Source: Acidiferrobacteraceae bacterium (GTDB lineage Bacteria > Pseudomonadota > Gammaproteobacteria > Acidiferrobacterales > SZUA-150). From it: a stretch of DNA of 64,000 nucleotides. The notes under the pieces are model-generated. The model was not told where the DNA came from. It did not search any database and saw only the letters and a program-made list of their open reading frames with translations. Below, piece after piece: positions 1 to 8,097 of the stretch; positions within the stretch are counted from its first letter, which is position 1; each line of letters starts with the position of its first letter. Both the position numbers and the translations under genes were made by a program. The stretch lies in NCBI GenBank assembly GCA_003228915.1, contig QIGL01000102.1, forward strand, positions 3,519 to 67,518, read 5' to 3'.

Positions 1-2
1 TG

Positions 3-1460
3 TTGCCAGTTTATGGTGGCTCGGATTACAGCGGCCAAATTCGCGCACTGAAACGCGGCGTCCACGTGGTCGTGGGCACCCCCGGCCGGGTCATGGACCA
101 TATGCGCAAAGGCACCATGAAACTGGATCTTCTCAAGGCATTGGTGCTGGACGAAGCCGATGAAATGTTACGTATGGGTTTCATTGATGACGTGGAATGG
201 GTGCTGGAACAAACCCCGTCCGATAGACAAATCGCCCTGTTCTCTGCCACCATGCCGTCACAAATTCGTCGCATTGCCACAAAATATCTAAACAAACCCG
301 AACAAATTACGATTAAGAGTCAATCCGCCACGGTCGATGCCATTCGCCAACGATTCTGGCCTGTCAGCGGTGTCCATAAACTGGATGCCTTAACCCGCAT
401 CCTGGAAGCAGAAGATTTTGACGCCATTCTTATTTTTGTCCGTACCAAAACCGCCACGGTTGACCTGGCCGAAAAACTGGCGGCACGGGGTTATTCGTCC
501 GCAGCACTGAATGGCGACATACAACAAAAACAACGTGAGCGCACCATTGAGCAATTAAAAAAAGGCAAGCTGGATATCGTGGTGGCGACTGATGTCGCCG
601 CCCGTGGTCTCGATGTCCAACGTGTGAGCCACGTGATTAATTTTGACATTCCCTATGATGCGGAAGCTTACATTCACCGCATTGGTCGTACCGGTCGCGC
701 CGGTCGGACCGGTGATGCCATTTTGTTTGTCGCTCCACGGGAAAAACGCCTGTTACATGCCATTGAAAAAACCACCCGTAAAAAAATTGAAATGATGAGC
801 CTGCCTTCTACAGAAGTGATTAATGATCAGCGCGTTGTCAAATTCAAACAACGGATTACAGATGCACTGGCCACGGAAGAACTGGGCTTATTTTTCCCCC
901 TGGTTGAACAATACCAGCAAGAACATAATGTCCCGGCGCTGGAAATCGCCGCCGCCCTGGCCCAGCTGCTGCAGGGCGAGACACCCTTCCTGCTCAGCAA
1001 TAAACCAGAGCGACAATCAAAAATGAACTGGGACGATGATCGCCCTGGACGTAACGATCGCGGCCGGGATCGTGAGCGTGGCCCAAGAAAAAGCGGCGGC
1101 AGAGATCGACATCCCGATGCCGGTATGGCCCGTTATCGTATTGAAGTCGGTCATGATCACGATGTACAGCCGGGCAATATTGTTGGCGCCATAGCCAATG
1201 AAGCCGGACTTGATAGCAAAGACATCGGCCGCATTGTCATTCACGATGGCTACAGCACCGTTGATTTACCCGATGGCATGCCAAGAGAAAAACTCAATGA
1301 CTTGAAAAAAACCAGGGTCGTGGGCCAGGCATTAAGAATATCCCGTGAATCAAGTGGTGGTGATGCGAGAGGAAGTAAGCCGAGAAGTGGCGATCGTAAA
1401 GATTATAAAGCGAAAGATAAAAAACCAAAAAAGTTTAAGCCTAAAGTTGATCAAAATTAA
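3..1460 (+). CDS. deaD: DEAD-box ATP-dependent RNA helicase, DeaD/CsdA-like (5' end cut by window edge)
   Basis: ORF open to window start; motifs VLDEADEML (DEAD), FSATMP (SAT), HRIGRTGRAG (motif VI); DbpA-like C-terminal RNA-binding segment and R/K-rich tail. Confidence 0.9.
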   Translation: MPVYGGSDYSGQIRALKRGVHVVVGTPGRVMDHMRKGTMKLDLLKALVLDEADEMLRMGFIDDVEWVLEQTPSDRQIALFSATMPSQIRRIATKYLNKPEQITIKSQSATVDAIRQRFWPVSGVHKLDALTRILEAEDFDAILIFVRTKTATVDLAEKLAARGYSSAALNGDIQQKQRERTIEQLKKGKLDIVVATDVAARGLDVQRVSHVINFDIPYDAEAYIHRIGRTGRAGRTGDAILFVAPREKRLLHAIEKTTRKKIEMMSLPSTEVINDQRVVKFKQRITDALATEELGLFFPLVEQYQQEHNVPALEIAAALAQLLQGETPFLLSNKPERQSKMNWDDDRPGRNDRGRDRERGPRKSGGRDRHPDAGMARYRIEVGHDHDVQPGNIVGAIANEAGLDSKDIGRIVIHDGYSTVDLPDGMPREKLNDLKKTRVVGQALRISRESSGGDARGSKPRSGDRKDYKAKDKKPKKFKPKVDQN

Positions 1461-1697
1461 CCAAAGCCGAGAAAGCGGCTAAAAAGAAGAAAAATAAAGA
1501 CAAGGGCAAAAGAAGAGACAAGCTCAAGCTGAAGGTCAAACCTAAAGCAGAGAAAAAGGAAGAATAACTAGCACAAATCTGCGCTTTATGGGGGGGCTGC
1601 TTTATACTGAAAGCCTGCGGTCGGAAACGTTGAATTTATAACTCCAATATGCTTAAATGTGTATAATATAGTTGAATTATACACATTGGTGATTGCC

Positions 1698-1892
1698 ATG
1701 CGAACAAATATTGTAATAGATGATGAACTCATGGACGAGGCTCTTAAACTCTCTGAGACAAAAACAAAACGTGAAGTAGTTGAGCTTGGCCTTAAAGCCT
1801 TGATTAAGATAAAAAAACAAGAAAATATTAAGCAATTTAAAGGCAAACTGAAATGGACTGGCAACCTCAAAGCAATAAGAGCCAGTAGATGA
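1698..1892 (+). CDS. vapB: VapB-family type II antitoxin (start moved to internal ATG at 1698)
   Basis: MRTNIVIDDELMDEALKLS... is the typical VapB N-terminus; stop overlaps the vapC start in ATGA (1889-1892). Confidence 0.8.
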   Translation: MRTNIVIDDELMDEALKLSETKTKREVVELGLKALIKIKKQENIKQFKGKLKWTGNLKAIRASR

Positions 1893-2281
1893 TATTCGTC
1901 GATTCGAGCGTTTGGATTGATTATTTTAACGGTAATTCCTCCCCTGAAGTCGAAAAACTTGACGCACTGCTAGGAGCCGAACCAATATCTACGGGTGATC
2001 TTATATTGGCAGAAGTTCTCCAGGGCTTCAGAAATGACAAAGACTACAAAACGGCTAAAAGCCTTCTCACCTCTTTAACCATTTTCAATATGCTAGATAC
2101 TAATATTGCTATCAAGAGCGCTGATAATTTTAGACTACTAAGAAAAAAAGGCATTACCGTCAGGAAGACAGTAGATACAATAATTGCTACTTTTTGTATT
2201 CAAAATAAATTATCACTTCTTCATACAGATAAAGATTTTCGACCTTTCCATAAACACTTACGCTTAAAAAATGCCTTGTAG
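1889..2281 (+). CDS. vapC: VapC-family PIN-domain ribonuclease toxin
   Basis: MIFVDSSVWIDYF (first PIN acidic residue context), 130 aa, translationally coupled to the upstream antitoxin. Confidence 0.85.
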   Translation: MIFVDSSVWIDYFNGNSSPEVEKLDALLGAEPISTGDLILAEVLQGFRNDKDYKTAKSLLTSLTIFNMLDTNIAIKSADNFRLLRKKGITVRKTVDTIIATFCIQNKLSLLHTDKDFRPFHKHLRLKNAL

Positions 2282-2397
2282 CACATGACGATTAAGGCCA
2301 GCGGCTGTAAAGCCGTCCGACTGGGGCAATTTGTTAGACGACAACTTTATATTTAACATATTTAAAATCAGAGCAGAAACTTCTTTAACAAAAATCA

Positions 2398-2469
2398 AGT
2401 TTTGACTCTGACACTAAATATCTATTTCATAACCCAAGGATACTGAGTTTTGACTCTGGCCCTAAATAT
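2398..2469. repeat. Two 24-nt direct repeats (agttttgactctgRcMctaaatat) with 48-nt period
   Basis: 2398-2421 and 2446-2469 match at 21/24 positions; located at the point where base composition drops. Confidence 0.7.
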
Positions 2470-2483
2470 ATTTGAAGTGCTTG

Positions 2484-4598
2484 TTAGGCTTTTTCTCCAA
2501 AATATATTTCTTTTGCACGATCGGTAATCTTATTGACAGTAACATTGTCTTTAATTTCTTTGTCAACAAGATTTATGTCTTTTAATGTTTTCGTACGCCA
2601 CCCCACTAATTGATGTGACTTATCAATTAGCGCTGAAACCTCCCCAGCTCGCATTTCTCTATCTTCTGAATACAATACTTCCAGTATGTCCAGCTCAACC
2701 TCTTCGAGTTTTAAATCGTCATTTAGTGTTTGCAATTCATTTATATAGTCATCGGACAAAGACACTTCGCTACATCTTCCTTGTTTACATTCTCTACACT
2801 GCCAATCGAAGTATTTTATTTTATCTCTATCTTCTATAGGGTATGTTGCGTCACATATATCACATTTAATAGTCACTGTTGAAGCAAGAAACTGGTGAAT
2901 AACACTATTAAATGAAAAGCATCTTTGAACAAAATAGCTACGATCATCTCGACGACCCTTGGGATAACCCCACGCAAGCCTCTTGTCTTCACATAGGCCA
3001 TAATTCAAGCAGTAAACGGATACATCCTCGCCAGATTTATTCCTCATCTCGTGGTATTTTGTGACTAGAAAATTCAACTCCAATGAAGCTAACATGGGCT
3101 CTAATGTTGGGTAAATTGTAAAGTGACTCACGGGAGGATTACTTAATCTTTCAAAATACTTCCCTCCAACTTCACCTGTTGAGATTTTTGATTTTAATGA
3201 CCCAGCTTCCGAAGTCAGCTTTTCCAGTAGAATTTGTTGATTGCGACGGTCTAGCTTTCTTGAAAAAGGTTCAGTAGCAAAACGGTTTTTTCTATCAAAA
3301 TAAGCAGATAGCACTTTCTCATAATGCTTTTTTGAGGCAAGCCTAATGCTTTGTAAGGTTATTTTTTCACTTCGAGATATTTGATCAAGATAGCAAGTGT
3401 GAAGTATATGGCCAATTAACCTAGGGACATTAAAGGAAACCTGAAATAGTAGCGAGTAATATTCTTTTAATTCCACTGCTGATGAGAAGAAATCAACAGG
3501 GTTAATACCAAAAGATCGAAACCTATTTTCTAATAGCCTCTTAGTATAGTCAGTGGCCTTTTCCTCCATAGTCTGAACTTCACTGCTTTTATACAGGTTA
3601 AAAAAGTCCAAGTTAATGATGTCAATTTTTCCTGGGTCTATATTTCCGTAATAAACTCGCCCTGGGTAAGCAGCCACCTTTAGTTTTATCTTCTCATCAC
3701 TAGTATTGTTCAGCGGCGCAAGTATAACATCGACAAATAACCTTTGATCAATCCAATTTAGCTCTGAGAAATCGTCAAAAAATACAATCAGACTTGAAAA
3801 AGAAAGTTCATCCAATAATGACGAAAGTTTTATAATGAAATCTTGATAGGGGAAGGTTCTTAACACGGCGCTTGAATATTTAGAATATAATTCATCATCA
3901 TCAAGCACCTCATCGACACTACCTGATCTTAGGTTGAAGCTGCCTGTTGGAAGAACAGGGTTTGCTGAAACCTTAACTTCAGCCGACTCATCTTTTTTAT
4001 TTAATGATCGATGTCTATTTTTGGCCTCATTTTCTATAGATTGCAAGATCGGAATTTCGGTTTCGTTCATAATTCCACTTCTAACCTGCTCCTTGAGCTT
4101 ATTTAATTCTCTTTGCAGATCCTCGTACTTCCAATGCTTACCTAAAAATCTATCAACAATCCCTGTTTTTTTACAGATGCCATCTAATTCATCTATGAGC
4201 CTTGAGAACACCTCGATTAAAAATGATTTCCTAAGTAGGTGCGGCTGTATTACTTCATTATCAAACTCATAACCATCTGGAATTTTTGATAGAACGTCAG
4301 ATGTTTGTGAGCTTTCGTTAATAGATTTAACATCTAAGTAGACAGACAGAGATTCCTTTTTAGTTCTTATCTCTGATTGTGCTCTAGCTATTATCGTACT
4401 CTTTCCGGTGCCTTTTCGTCCAAACAAAAATGTCGTGTTGCCAGAAAGAACTGTGTCTAGGACGGCATTATTCTCAAGAGGGTCAACATAAACAGCGTCG
4501 ACGGGTCTATCGCCGAGCTCAGCCTCAAATTCTTTAAGTTCAGCTCTCTGAAATTTTCTTAGTGATTCCGCAACTCTTGAGAACTTTTTGTGTTCCAT
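2484..4598 (-). CDS. Large P-loop NTPase with 4-Cys ribbon and C-terminal winged-helix-like domain; family not recognised
   Basis: 704-aa ORF, ATG preceded by gaggaaggaag RBS; Walker A GRKGTGKST (aa 60-68, nt 4395-4421); Walker B-like LIVFFDDFSE (aa 270-279); CDIC...CRECKQGRC (aa 579-609); very AT-rich. Confidence 0.75.
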   Translation of the reverse strand: MEHKKFSRVAESLRKFQRAELKEFEAELGDRPVDAVYVDPLENNAVLDTVLSGNTTFLFGRKGTGKSTIIARAQSEIRTKKESLSVYLDVKSINESSQTSDVLSKIPDGYEFDNEVIQPHLLRKSFLIEVFSRLIDELDGICKKTGIVDRFLGKHWKYEDLQRELNKLKEQVRSGIMNETEIPILQSIENEAKNRHRSLNKKDESAEVKVSANPVLPTGSFNLRSGSVDEVLDDDELYSKYSSAVLRTFPYQDFIIKLSSLLDELSFSSLIVFFDDFSELNWIDQRLFVDVILAPLNNTSDEKIKLKVAAYPGRVYYGNIDPGKIDIINLDFFNLYKSSEVQTMEEKATDYTKRLLENRFRSFGINPVDFFSSAVELKEYYSLLFQVSFNVPRLIGHILHTCYLDQISRSEKITLQSIRLASKKHYEKVLSAYFDRKNRFATEPFSRKLDRRNQQILLEKLTSEAGSLKSKISTGEVGGKYFERLSNPPVSHFTIYPTLEPMLASLELNFLVTKYHEMRNKSGEDVSVYCLNYGLCEDKRLAWGYPKGRRDDRSYFVQRCFSFNSVIHQFLASTVTIKCDICDATYPIEDRDKIKYFDWQCRECKQGRCSEVSLSDDYINELQTLNDDLKLEEVELDILEVLYSEDREMRAGEVSALIDKSHQLVGWRTKTLKDINLVDKEIKDNVTVNKITDRAKEIYFGEKA

Positions 4599-4715
4599 TA
4601 TTCTTCCTTCCTCAAGGATAACTTACTTATATTCTGTGCGAGTGAGCCTAACAATTTGTAGTATTTAATGGAGTCAGCATTCTCACAAATTTATATCTAG
4701 AGACCACGTAATTAT

Positions 4716-5552
4716 TTAATTTTTCTTTGGATTCTCCGTCACATTCGTACCACCAGACACATCTGTTATTATTGAGCTAGGTCTTAACCCAAGTTCTGGA
4801 TCATGTAGACCTAATCCTGTAGGTCGAGTTAGTCCCAAGCTGGCTGGCCTAGAAATTCCAAAACCTACGTGTCTGTTATCCAAAAAATCTCCAAAACCGC
4901 CTAAGCCAATCCTTTTGTCCAATAATTCCTTTTCAAGAACAGCTATTTGTTTTTTCTTTTCTTTCACTTCATCATCAAGCCTTTTGCGCGCATCCTCTGA
5001 TGTTCCTTTTTTCTCAACTAGCTCATTTTTTAAACTTTGCAACTCTTCTCCCCTTCCATCTAGTTGTTGCTTTAAATCACTAATTAAACCAATCTGAGTT
5101 TTAATATCTGCTTCTGGCACAATATCCGTCCAATTCTCTACAGAATTAACAGTTTCTTCTTCTAATACGTTACATATTGCTATTATTTCTTCATAATTTC
5201 TCTTCGTGACTTCAGGATGAATTTTAATATCTCCATCACTGCCTATAAAAAGTGAAACTCTTTTCTCAAGTGCAGAAATATTTCGTAATAATAATTTAAG
5301 ACTACGGACTGCCGACTTACCACGAGCAACAACAACTCCACCATCTGAAATATCAACCCAATGTTTTGTAATTCGACCACCCAAGATCGCAGATGCTGCA
5401 GTAATTAAAACAAACAAAAGCGAAGTAATTTTCTTGTCTGTCTGATCAATTGAGAATAAAAATAGCAGCAGTACCCCGATACTCAGCACGAGAGTCCATG
5501 GATCCAAAGCAATACCAATAAACGATATCCACTTACTTTTTAAATTTTTCAT
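4716..5552 (-). CDS. Membrane protein with 2 predicted N-terminal TM helices, coiled-coil region and Gly/Leu-rich tail; family not recognised
   Basis: 278-aa ORF; hydrophobic stretches WISFIGIALDPWTLVLSIGVLLLFLFSI and ITSLLFVLITAASAILGG; charged heptad-like segment; 117 nt upstream of the NTPase gene on the same strand. Confidence 0.65.
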   Translation of the reverse strand: MKNLKSKWISFIGIALDPWTLVLSIGVLLLFLFSIDQTDKKITSLLFVLITAASAILGGRITKHWVDISDGGVVVARGKSAVRSLKLLLRNISALEKRVSLFIGSDGDIKIHPEVTKRNYEEIIAICNVLEEETVNSVENWTDIVPEADIKTQIGLISDLKQQLDGRGEELQSLKNELVEKKGTSEDARKRLDDEVKEKKKQIAVLEKELLDKRIGLGGFGDFLDNRHVGFGISRPASLGLTRPTGLGLHDPELGLRPSSIITDVSGGTNVTENPKKN

Positions 5553-5756
5553 TCAGAATTACTCTTGTTGGGTATAATAGAATACGTGGCTGCTTAACTT
5601 AATACTTCACCAGCTAGTAGAATACTCTCTCGTTACACAATCTTCTATAAAAATTTACCTGTACCTCAATTAAAATTAGGTCGTTCTTACAAAAATTCTG
5701 CTAGATTCCAATCAAACCTACCTTGGAATGGTTGCAACAGTGGCCTCAATAAATCT

Positions 5757-5971
5757 AACCCGCTCCCGAATTAACCCCTGAATATTCCTAAACGCCTGCT
5801 CACGATAACTGCCCTTCTATACAACAATCCAATACGTCTACTGGGTTTGGCATCTTTCTTTGTTTGCTTTTTGGGGCCTGCAAGCTCGGGCATGAGCGTT
5901 AGCCCCATCCCCTCGGCTACCATAAAGCGCAGGGTTTCCAGGCTGGATGCATGAAAGGCGGCGTTTTCTGT
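5757..5971 (-). pseudogene. Degenerate duplicate of the 3' end of oxyR
   Basis: Aligns to 8110-8352. The ~95-nt segment 5877-5971 vs 8258-8352 has 1 mismatch. The remainder is diverged with indels (about 28 nt shorter), so it cannot encode the OxyR C-terminus. Confidence 0.85.
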
Positions 5972-5982
5972 CTAAAATCTGG

Positions 5983-6049
5983 ATTCCCGTTTCCACGGGA
6001 ATGACGGGAAAGACGGGAAAGACGGGCAGATAATGTTGGAATGACGAGA
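5983..6049. repeat. ATTCCC-N8-GGGAAT hairpin followed by reiterated GACGGG units
   Basis: attcccgtttccacgggaat at 5983-6002, then gacgggaaagacgggaaagacgggcagataatgttggaatgacgag; same module recurs at 7871-7919. Confidence 0.8.
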
Positions 6050-6113
6050 CTTGTGATATTGGGTTGTGTGATACGCGCTTCCGAAATTAGCAGCACCTAT
6101 TCATACCTGGCTG

Positions 6114-7406
6114 CTATTTCTTGCTATTCAAGCCTTCAAAAGCAAAAGGATTTAAAAACTGTCGTCCCCAAAAAAGATTTCTATCCACTTTGCTTAACTC
6201 GGCCTCATCACAAACTTCTTGCCAGTATTTCTCAATTATTTCTTTTTGATGCTCAAAAATAGCCAGGGCTTCCTCTTTTGAGAGCAGGAAATGATGGGCA
6301 GCATCTATGCCGCTTGAAATCCTGCTCATGCGATTATCGCCAGCAATTAACATGGCCTGCGAGGCTTCATTACCAGTTCTGCCCTGGGGGCATATATCAT
6401 AGGCGGGGGTTAGGGAGAGCATTTTTCCATCCCAGAATGCCGCATGGTTGCGCGCATGATCATCAGTATTGCCGCATAAGATATTAAAAATTAAACGCGA
6501 GAATAATTCTTTCAGCGTAGCGGCAGGTGCTGTGAATTTATGGCGAATAATTTCTGTAAGGGTTTCATAGCTGGCATATCTTGCCATCATTTCGTCAAGA
6601 CCAAACAGTGTTAATGCTGAAATCATGGACTGACGTTGCCAGCCATTTTTTACTTTCTTGCGATCAAATCGTTCAACCAGCAAAACATCTTTACGGGATG
6701 CTTTCTTGAGCTTAACAGGGGCCACCTCTAAACCGACATGCTTTGCCAATCTCATGGCGATAAATTCTGCCTTGACGATGCTGTATAAATCAGAGCTTAA
6801 AGGAAATTTTGCGACATACTTTTTGTTTTCAGCCTCAATGAGTGCTTTTGGTCGGGCACCGCCAATCGCGCTGCCATGAAACAGGGCTTGATCTAATTCC
6901 GGCGTAAGCGGAACGCCTGCTTCAACACGTTCGGTTGATTTTAATAACTCGTCTAGCGCAACATTGACAGATGAGCGCGGCACATATTCGGTTGGTGACA
7001 ATTGAAAATCGAGCGCGCCAACACGGTCTGATCCAGATTCCAGTAGATAAGTTAGCTCATCAAGCCGGGTTGTATCTGTATCCGCGCCTTTCAGTCCCAG
7101 CTTTTTGTTAATAATAACACGCCGTCCCCATGCGTCTGGCGCACCATCCCTAATACATCCAGGCATGTTAAGACCATCCAGCAAAGGCAAAACACCTGCC
7201 CTTAATGGCAGCTCTTTTTCATAAATAGATATTGCCTGTTTTGTACCTGGCCCTGAATTGTTAGCGCGCTCCAAATAACTTTTGCCGTAATTGAACATAA
7301 GGCTGCCATTATCGGCTTCAAGCTTACCTGCGATCACAGGCGCTGTGTCCTGTGGCAGCCAAATCCAGACAAAGGCTTCGTTATGCGCTGCGTTAGAAAT
7401 CATCAT
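6114..7406 (-). CDS. hipA: HipA-family serine/threonine kinase toxin
   Basis: 430 aa; catalytic-loop-like GNTDDHARNHA; 14-nt overlap with the upstream XRE-HTH gene. Confidence 0.85.
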   Translation of the reverse strand: MMISNAAHNEAFVWIWLPQDTAPVIAGKLEADNGSLMFNYGKSYLERANNSGPGTKQAISIYEKELPLRAGVLPLLDGLNMPGCIRDGAPDAWGRRVIINKKLGLKGADTDTTRLDELTYLLESGSDRVGALDFQLSPTEYVPRSSVNVALDELLKSTERVEAGVPLTPELDQALFHGSAIGGARPKALIEAENKKYVAKFPLSSDLYSIVKAEFIAMRLAKHVGLEVAPVKLKKASRKDVLLVERFDRKKVKNGWQRQSMISALTLFGLDEMMARYASYETLTEIIRHKFTAPAATLKELFSRLIFNILCGNTDDHARNHAAFWDGKMLSLTPAYDICPQGRTGNEASQAMLIAGDNRMSRISSGIDAAHHFLLSKEEALAIFEHQKEIIEKYWQEVCDEAELSKVDRNLFWGRQFLNPFAFEGLNSKK

Positions 7407-7731
7407 CTACCGCCCTTATTTTTTTGCGCACGGATTTAGGCAGTAATGCCAATTTATCTTCAGTCTGACGGATATGCCTTGTGAGTCTTGTTGCATCGAC
7501 ATCAAACAGCTTGACGCCAACAAGCGTGGCAACTTCAAATACTGCACCGATCTCACATTTTAGATCACCTTTCTCTATACGTTGAAGTAGCCCTCTTGAG
7601 ATGCCTGCACGCTCAGCAACCTCCTGGGTTGTAAGCTTGCGCTCTTTTCTGGCAATCCTGATCAGATTGCTTATGAGCTGTACTGCTTCCCGGCTATACA
7701 GGGAATAGGTGCGTGTCTTTGATTTAGGCAT
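7393..7731 (-). CDS. hipB: HipB-like XRE-family HTH antitoxin
   Basis: 112 aa; LTTQEVAERAGISRGLLQRIEKGD helix-turn-helix; immediately upstream of and overlapping hipA. Confidence 0.8.
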   Translation of the reverse strand: MPKSKTRTYSLYSREAVQLISNLIRIARKERKLTTQEVAERAGISRGLLQRIEKGDLKCEIGAVFEVATLVGVKLFDVDATRLTRHIRQTEDKLALLPKSVRKKIRAVDDDF

Positions 7732-7870
7732 ATTTACGTATCTGGTCTATATATAACTCATAATACATCTTTGTGATCTCTATATAGATCAAATTAGCAC
7801 TAGAGTTGCGTGAAATCAAGAAAGTATGTCGATATGTGTGAAATTCCTGTCTTTTTTAACAAAACTCTGG

Positions 7871-8030
7871 ATTCCCGTTTCCACGGGAATGACGGGCAGA
7901 TAATGATGGAATGACGAGGTATGTCGTGCTGGAGTGACGGGGATGACGGGGATGACGAGGTAGGTCGGGTATGACGGGTATGACGGGCAGATAATGATGG
8001 AATGACGAGGTATGTCGTGCTGGAGTGACG
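7871..8030. repeat. Hairpin repeat plus 49-nt direct repeat and short (A/G)TGACG(G/A)G tandem units
   Basis: attcccgtttccacgggaat 7871-7890; gacgggcagataatgatggaatgacgaggtatgtcgtgctggagtgacg at 7891-7939 and 7982-8030; gatgacgggg/tatgacgggt units between them. Confidence 0.85.
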
Positions 8031-8097
8031 ACATCAGCAGCAATAAATCGCCAAGTTTTTTAGCTCTCGATGTCAGTGTGTAATATGGTTCTGTCAC

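Noticed and set aside
1586-1870. 94-aa ORF antisense to vapB
   Set aside because: It overlaps the vapB antitoxin and its promoter region and has no features. vapBC with its ATGA coupling explains the locus.
7891-8030. Possible CRISPR array (49-nt direct repeats)
   Set aside because: There are only two copies. The spacer between them is itself made of micro-repeats, there are no cas genes, and the repeats are related to dispersed hairpin elements.
7816-8097. 93-aa ORF between hipB and oxyR
   Set aside because: Its translation (PSYPSYPTYLVIPVIPV...LPVIPVETGIQ) is just the reading of the tandem TGACGGG units and the ATTCCC-N8-GGGAAT hairpin. It is a repeat artefact.
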